Part shown: positions 58,190 to 64,000 of the stretch, piece by piece
Layout: every line of letters starts with the position of its first letter
Position numbering within the stretch: the stretch's first letter is position 1
NCBI GenBank assembly: GCA_027459745.1
Contig: DAIDHL010000006.1
Span: forward strand, 19,578 to 83,577
Origin: Candidatus Levyibacteriota bacterium
GTDB taxonomy: Bacteria; Patescibacteriota; Microgenomatia; Levybacterales; UBA12049
Reading direction: 5' to 3'
Length of the DNA stretch: 64,000 nucleotides
Notes under the pieces: generated by a model
The model's input: the letters and a program-made list of their open reading frames with translations, nothing else
The model's database searches: none
Told to the model about the DNA's origin: nothing
Made by a program: the position numbers and the translations under genes

Positions 58190-58756
58190 ATGAAGATTGC
58201 TTTGTTTGGTGGACGTTTTGATCCAGTTCACAATGGTCATATTGCTGTTGCAAAAGAAATTTTGAAGTTACAAATTGCCGATCAGGTTTGGCTCCTTCCT
58301 GACGCAGCTCATCAGTGGAATCCTATTGTCGCTAGTTCTGCTGACCGGGTTGAAATGTTAAAATTAGCGATTAAAAATGAAAAAAACCTCAAGGTTAATT
58401 TAACAGCAATTGATTTAGGTGGATCAACGGAAACGATTAAAGTTCTACATGCCTTAAAAAATAAATACGATCACGAATTTGTTTTCGTTGGAGGTTCTGA
58501 TCAGTTGCCTAGTTTGCATAAATGGACACATTGGGAGCAGCTAGAAAAAGAATTACCTTTTATCATCGTCAATCGAAAAAATTACCCTATTCAACATAAC
58601 TTCACTAACGTTCAAGTTATTAACGATATTGACTATGAGCCGTTAGAAGATTCCTCTACGAGAATAAGATCATTGTTGAGTCATCATCAATCAATTAAGG
58701 GTTTGGTTAATCCAGAGGTGGAAGAATATATTGCACAGAAAAAATTATATGTGTAA
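58190..58756 (+). CDS. nadD: nicotinate-nucleotide adenylyltransferase
   Basis: MKIALFGGRFDPVHNGH, GSDQL..LHKW..W, SSTRIR; adjacent to nadE. Confidence 0.93.
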   Translation: MKIALFGGRFDPVHNGHIAVAKEILKLQIADQVWLLPDAAHQWNPIVASSADRVEMLKLAIKNEKNLKVNLTAIDLGGSTETIKVLHALKNKYDHEFVFVGGSDQLPSLHKWTHWEQLEKELPFIIVNRKNYPIQHNFTNVQVINDIDYEPLEDSSTRIRSLLSHHQSIKGLVNPEVEEYIAQKKLYV

Positions 58757-58771
58757 TATTAAAGATTAAAT

Positions 58772-59542
58772 ATGTTTGATTTGAATTATCAGAATAAAGT
58801 AACAGAAATCACTTCATTTATCGCTGATGAGTTTAAATCTTCTGGTATGGATAAAATCGTGATTGCCTTGTCTGGTGGAATTGATAGTGCACTTAGTGCG
58901 ACTTTAGCGGTAAAAGCAGTAGGAGTGGAAAAAGTAAATGTTTTGATGCTTCCATATGGTAAATTAAATATTGAAGGTGTGAAAGATGCTCGGCTGGTTG
59001 CAAAGTCTTTGTCTATGCCTGAAAAACAAATTAAAATTATAGATATTAAGCCAACCGTCGATGAAGTAATTAAAGCTCTACCTAATGTGAATAATTTGCG
59101 CAAGGGCAATATTATGGCGAGAGTTAGGATGATTTATTTGTATGATAAAGCCAAAGAACTAAATGCCTTAGTGTGCGGGACTGAAAATAAATCAGAATAT
59201 TATCTAGGCTATTTTACACGTTTTGGTGATGAAGCATCAGACCTGGAGCCGATTCAAGGTCTATATAAAACACAAGTCTGGTCTCTAGCAAAATATTTAA
59301 ACATACCAGAGAAGATTATCAGTAAATCTCCTAGTGCAGGATTATGGGAGGGGCAGACGGATGAGTCAGAACTTGGCTTTAGCTATAGTCAAGCTGATGA
59401 AATTCTATATTACACATTTCAGGATGAATTGTCTGCTTCAGAAATTGCCCAAAAAGGATTGGATATAAAAATAATTAACCAGGTTTTGCTCAGAGTAAAA
59501 CAAAATAAATTTAAACACCATCTTCCTCGTATTCTCAAATGA
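58772..59542 (+). CDS. nadE: NH3-dependent NAD+ synthetase
   Basis: LSGGIDS, GNIMARVRM, GTENKSE, GYFTRFGD, PSAGLWEGQTDE. Confidence 0.95.
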   Translation: MFDLNYQNKVTEITSFIADEFKSSGMDKIVIALSGGIDSALSATLAVKAVGVEKVNVLMLPYGKLNIEGVKDARLVAKSLSMPEKQIKIIDIKPTVDEVIKALPNVNNLRKGNIMARVRMIYLYDKAKELNALVCGTENKSEYYLGYFTRFGDEASDLEPIQGLYKTQVWSLAKYLNIPEKIISKSPSAGLWEGQTDESELGFSYSQADEILYYTFQDELSASEIAQKGLDIKIINQVLLRVKQNKFKHHLPRILK

Positions 59543-59589
59543 ACTAGACTGTTTTGCTCTGCACGAGTCTTTTTTGCTACAATTGTTGT

Positions 59590-60624
59590 ATGGGTGCTAA
59601 GACAAAAAGCATAAATAAAACTAGTACAATCATAAAAAAAGTTAATCTAAATGAAAAAAAATCTCTTCTTGAGTCGTTATATTTTTATTTGGGAATATTA
59701 ATCTTAATGATCCTATCTGTTACATATGGTTTGACTCTACAACAAAATAACGCTGGTTCGAAACAACAAGTGAAATTGAATAATATTTATGCAAAAAAAG
59801 CTGCGGCACAGATTCTAAAAATACCATTACTGCGGCCGACTATTTCTTCTTCTCCATCAGCGACTCCTACTATAGTCACTTCACATACTGCCTCGCCAAG
59901 TTCTGCATTATCAGATGACGGAGCTACAGTTACAGGTTCTAGAGTTAATGGTATTGGTTATTGTTTATATGTTCCAGTATTTATGTACCACCACATAGAA
60001 CCCATGGCTCAGGCTAACGAAGAGGGACATGGTCAGTTAACAGTTGATAGTAATTTGTTTGATCAACAAATGGGGTATATGATAGCACATGGTTATAACT
60101 TTATTTCATTGTCTACTTTAGTTAATGCGATAGTAAATCATCAGTCTTTACCTGCTAAAACCGTAGTCTTAACAGCTGATGATGGATATATAGATATTTA
60201 TCAATATGCTTATCCTATTATTCAAAAATATCATATAATCATGAATTTATTTATCCCTACGGGACTAATCGATAATTCGGACTATATGACCTGGAATCAA
60301 ATAAAACAGATGCAAGGTAGCGGTTTAGTAAATATATATAACCATACTTGGTCTCATTATCCATTAGGCCAAGGAGACAAAACTAAGATTACCTTTGAAA
60401 TGCAAACATCACAAAATGAACTCAAGCAGAATTTAGGACTTACTCCTAATATTATGGCTTATCCATATGGATCTTTTAGTCCGCTGTCCATTCAAGTTTT
60501 ACAGTCAGAAGGGTTTACGGCTGCCTTCTCGACTCTGCCAGGAACTGATGAATGTACCTCAAACTTGATGACTGAACCCAGATACCGCATTGGTAATGCC
60601 CCCATGTCCTACTACGGGTTTTAA
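59590..60624 (+). CDS. membrane-anchored polysaccharide deacetylase (CE4)
   Basis: PVFMYHHI, LTADDGY, NHTWSH, AYPYG. Confidence 0.9.
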   Translation: MGAKTKSINKTSTIIKKVNLNEKKSLLESLYFYLGILILMILSVTYGLTLQQNNAGSKQQVKLNNIYAKKAAAQILKIPLLRPTISSSPSATPTIVTSHTASPSSALSDDGATVTGSRVNGIGYCLYVPVFMYHHIEPMAQANEEGHGQLTVDSNLFDQQMGYMIAHGYNFISLSTLVNAIVNHQSLPAKTVVLTADDGYIDIYQYAYPIIQKYHIIMNLFIPTGLIDNSDYMTWNQIKQMQGSGLVNIYNHTWSHYPLGQGDKTKITFEMQTSQNELKQNLGLTPNIMAYPYGSFSPLSIQVLQSEGFTAAFSTLPGTDECTSNLMTEPRYRIGNAPMSYYGF

Positions 60625-60709
60625 ATATAAAGTTATCGAAGGTAATAATAGGTAAAAAGATTTATAAAGAAAAATTTAGTAAATCCCAAATAAAAATTAA
60701 CGTAGAAAA

Positions 60710-63172
60710 TTACTTATTAAGACTGTCTTCCAACTTTTTTAAGTCTAGAGAGGTTTTTAACACACTGTCAGGCTGCAAACTTATAGAATCAATACCTTCT
60801 TTAACTAAGAATTCTGCAAAATCAGGAAAATCTGAGGGGGCTTGTCCGCAAATTCCAACTGGCATAGCCATTGCATGGGCATTAGCAATTAAGGTTTTAA
60901 TTAGCTTTTTAACAGCTTTATTATTTTCATTCCCAACATGGGCTATTAATTTAGAGTCTCGATCCAAACCGAGTGTTAGTTGAGTTAAATCATTAGAGCC
61001 AATAGAAAATCCGTCAAATAAAGCAGCAAAGTCTTCTACGAGCAAAATGTTGGATGGAATCTCTGCCATAACCCAGACTCTTAGTCTTTCATCTATTTCA
61101 TCACTAGCTGCTACCTCGAGAGGATTTGCTATTTTTTGGTGAGGTAAACCATTTTTTGCCATAACATCCAAAACTTTTTGTCCTTCTTCTGGTGTTCGAC
61201 AAAAAGGAATCATTACTTGCAAGTTATATAACCCCATTTCTTCTCTGACTCTTTTTACAGCTTGGCATTCAAGCGAGAATGCTTGTTCAAAGTTAGGATC
61301 ATAGTAGCGACTGGCACCTCTCCAGCCGATCATAGGATTTTCTTCATTTGGTTCATACTGATTGCCTCCTATTAAGGTGGCATATTCGTTGGATTTAAAA
61401 TCGCTAAATCTTAAGAGTACTTCATGAGGATAAAACGCTGAGGCTATGATACTGATGCCATAAGCTAATTTTTCTACATAAAACTTGACCTTGTCTGTAT
61501 AACCGCTGGTAAGATGATCAATAGTTTCTTTCACAGCAGGATCTGTTATTTTGTCGTAATTGAGTAAAGCATTGGGATGTATTTTTATAAAATTGTTTAT
61601 TACGAATTCCTCTCTAGCCAGCCCGACACCATGATTTGGAATAAAAGAATAATTAAAAACCAAATCAGGATCAGCCACAATCATTTTAATTTTGGTCTTT
61701 GGTGCCACAAAGTTTTTCAAATCTGTTTTTTTAATTTCAAACTTTAATTTTCCTTCGTAAACTTTACCATCTTCTCCACTTGCACAACTTACAGTGATAT
61801 CGGTACCTGTTTTAATGGTCAATGTTGCATCACCACAACCGACAATAGCCGGAATGCCTAATTCACGGGAAACAATAGCCGCATGAGATGTTCTGCCACC
61901 TGCATCTGTAACTATGGCGCTGGCTTTTTTCATGATTGGTTCCCAGTCAGGATCTGTTATTTCTGCAATTAAAACTTCACCGGCCTGAAAATCATTTAAT
62001 TCACTAGGATGTTTAATATACCTGGCTTTGCCACTACCGATTTTCTCTCCTACAGAAGTGCCAGTAACCAAGACTTTTCCTTCCTCCAAAAGTTTGTATT
62101 CCTCCAAGACGGTCATATCTCTTCTAGCTTGAACTGTCTCCGGTCTGGCTTGCACTATATATAACTGCTCTCCATCAAAAGCCCATTCCATATCCATAGG
62201 TTTTTGATAATGATCTTCAATGATCATTCCCCACCGCGAAAGCTGCAAGATTTGTTCGTCATTTAATACAAACCTATCTCGATCGTTTTGTTCTACTGAA
62301 ATTTCTTGAGTGGGGTTTTTGAGATCATCTGAATAGATAAGTTTTTTCTCTTTACTTCCTATTCTTTTGTTAATAATCGCATTTTTACCTTTAGCAAGTG
62401 TTGGTTTGAAGACCATATATTCATCCGGTGTCACTATGCCCTTGACAATAAATTCACCCAATCCCCAAGAAGCATTGATCAAAATAACATTACGAAAACC
62501 ACTTTCAGTATCCAAAGAGAACATTACACCACTGCAACCCTGATCGCTACGAACCATCTTTTGCACTGCACAAGATAAGGCTATTGCGAGATGATCAAAG
62601 TGTTGATCAGCACGATATGAGATAGCGCGGTTAGTAAAAAGAGAAGAAAATGCCTCCTTAATAGAATATAAAAGATTCTCAATGCCTTTTACATTTAAGT
62701 AGGATTCTTGTTGACCTGCAAAAGAGGCATTTGCCAAATCTTCTGCGGTAGCTGAGGATCTAACAGCCACATCTAGTTTCTCCAATGGAAGATCAAGTTT
62801 TTTAGCTAAATTTTCATAAGCATCTGTAATTGCGTGTTGTAAGTCTGGAGGGAAAGAGGAATTTAATATTAATTCTCTTACTTCACTGCCTGCTTTATCC
62901 AAGGCATGCATATCAGATGTATTTAAATTGGCCAGAATTGTTTTAATTTTTTCATCTAAACCGTTCTTCTGTAAAAAAATTCTATACGCATAAGCGGTAA
63001 CAGAAAAACCAAATGGAACTTTGACTTGCTCATGGGGGAAAAGTTGGCTTTTGGATTTGGTAATATTCTGATACATTTCGCCCAGATTGGCATTTTTACC
63101 CCCTACCAATGGGATATCTCTTTTATCTATTTCGTCAAACCATAAAATATATTGTTCTTCGCGGTTGGGCAT
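60710..63172 (-). CDS. ppsA: phosphoenolpyruvate synthase
   Basis: VGGKNANLGEM, AVRSSATAEDL, GGRTSHAAIVSRELG, FSIGSNDLTQ, GICGQAPSD. Confidence 0.96.
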   Translation of the reverse strand: MPNREEQYILWFDEIDKRDIPLVGGKNANLGEMYQNITKSKSQLFPHEQVKVPFGFSVTAYAYRIFLQKNGLDEKIKTILANLNTSDMHALDKAGSEVRELILNSSFPPDLQHAITDAYENLAKKLDLPLEKLDVAVRSSATAEDLANASFAGQQESYLNVKGIENLLYSIKEAFSSLFTNRAISYRADQHFDHLAIALSCAVQKMVRSDQGCSGVMFSLDTESGFRNVILINASWGLGEFIVKGIVTPDEYMVFKPTLAKGKNAIINKRIGSKEKKLIYSDDLKNPTQEISVEQNDRDRFVLNDEQILQLSRWGMIIEDHYQKPMDMEWAFDGEQLYIVQARPETVQARRDMTVLEEYKLLEEGKVLVTGTSVGEKIGSGKARYIKHPSELNDFQAGEVLIAEITDPDWEPIMKKASAIVTDAGGRTSHAAIVSRELGIPAIVGCGDATLTIKTGTDITVSCASGEDGKVYEGKLKFEIKKTDLKNFVAPKTKIKMIVADPDLVFNYSFIPNHGVGLAREEFVINNFIKIHPNALLNYDKITDPAVKETIDHLTSGYTDKVKFYVEKLAYGISIIASAFYPHEVLLRFSDFKSNEYATLIGGNQYEPNEENPMIGWRGASRYYDPNFEQAFSLECQAVKRVREEMGLYNLQVMIPFCRTPEEGQKVLDVMAKNGLPHQKIANPLEVAASDEIDERLRVWVMAEIPSNILLVEDFAALFDGFSIGSNDLTQLTLGLDRDSKLIAHVGNENNKAVKKLIKTLIANAHAMAMPVGICGQAPSDFPDFAEFLVKEGIDSISLQPDSVLKTSLDLKKLEDSLNK

Positions 63173-63394
63173 GATTTTATCTTAACAACCAATTGCTCAG
63201 TTAAGCAAGTAGTATATTAATACACCTATATTATTAGTCTTAAATCAAAGAAGAGGCAGTGAGCTACGTCACACTATTAAAATAAGATTCAAGTTATCAC
63301 TGTCGTTCGAATCATACTTTCTGAATTAAATAAGAAGATTACAAAACTAAGAGAGTTATAATCCTCCACTAGCTACTTTAGTTTATCGTCCTCC

Positions 63395-63420
63395 AAAAAG
63401 TAAACGAATGTTTACTTTTT
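63395..63420. promoter_or_regulatory. perfect palindrome upstream of dinB, candidate SOS (LexA) box
   Basis: AAAAAGTAAAC-GAAT-GTTTACTTTTT, ending 25 nt before the dinB start. Confidence 0.55.
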
Positions 63421-63445
63421 GTTTCTAAAGGTATATATTACTCTT

Positions 63446-64000
63446 GTGCAAAAAACAATTCTTCATATAGATTTTGATTCATTTTTTGCCAGTGTAGAGC
63501 AACAAGACAATCCTAAATTACGTAATCGACCTATCGGTGTAACTGCTCATAATAGCGGAACTGCGATCATTGCGGCCAGCAGAGAGGCAAAAAAATTAGG
63601 TATCAGTGCTTCCTTTAATACTAGAGAAGCTTTCGCTATTTGTCCCCACTTAATATTAACAGGGGCTAATTTTGAACGCTATTTCGAGATTTCTAAAGCC
63701 TTTATCAAAATATGTAAAGACTTTTCCCCACAGATTGAGGTTTTTTCTATCGATGAGCTATTTATGGATGTGACACTTACACAAAAATTGTTTGGCGACG
63801 TGAATGATCTAATTGCCCAACTAAAACGACGTATAAAAGAAGAAATCGGTGAATACATTACTGTTTCGGTGGGAGTCTCTTACAATAAATTATTGGCCAA
63901 ATTGGGTTCCGGTTTGGACAAACCCAACGGCGTTACATATATTACACCACAAAACCTACCACAAATTTACGCGAGAGCTAAATTAACTGATATTTGCGGT
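63446..64000 (+). CDS. dinB: DNA polymerase IV (Y family), runs off the window end
   Basis: GTG start, ILHIDFDSFFASVEQ, AASREAK, SIDE, NKLLAK motifs from manual translation. Confidence 0.93.
   Translation, partial: MQKTILHIDFDSFFASVEQQDNPKLRNRPIGVTAHNSGTAIIAASREAKKLGISASFNTREAFAICPHLILTGANFERYFEISKAFIKICKDFSPQIEVFSIDELFMDVTLTQKLFGDVNDLIAQLKRRIKEEIGEYITVSVGVSYNKLLAKLGSGLDKPNGVTYITPQNLPQIYARAKLTDICG

Overview
Low-GC bacterial chromosome segment in standard code 11. The gene inventory (sortase, dockerin-bearing S8 protease, archaeal-type CoaD fusion, short pyruvate kinase, T/P-rich exported proteins, tRNAs mostly without encoded CCA) suggests a Patescibacteria/CPR (Microgenomates-like) host, which is an inference. 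The backbone carries pyrB, gpmI, eno, pyk, typA, RND and ABC transporters, five tRNAs, nadD, nadE, ppsA and dinB. The main accessory feature is a ~15.45 kb island (about 42660-58112) inserted at the 3' end of tRNA-His. Its large serine recombinase reads through the whole tRNA on the antisense strand. A second in-frame C-terminus (TWIQDFRTAVKETNFQYAIPVL*) lies at the far end of the island behind a shared ACCC core, so integration or excision would swap the integrase tail. The island resembles a phage satellite: Rep-like and TerS-like genes are present, with no capsid, tail or TerL. It carries CBASS (CD-NTase + SLATT), a type III R-M system with a controller-like HTH and C-box, and three HEPN-like orphans. 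Other highlights are an 87-bp palindromic element inserted in frame in enolase, a candidate functional-amyloid pair next to a sortase locus, a BlaI/M56/DsbA/CxxC membrane module and an MshA-like cluster. All calls come from motif reading only; no database search was run.
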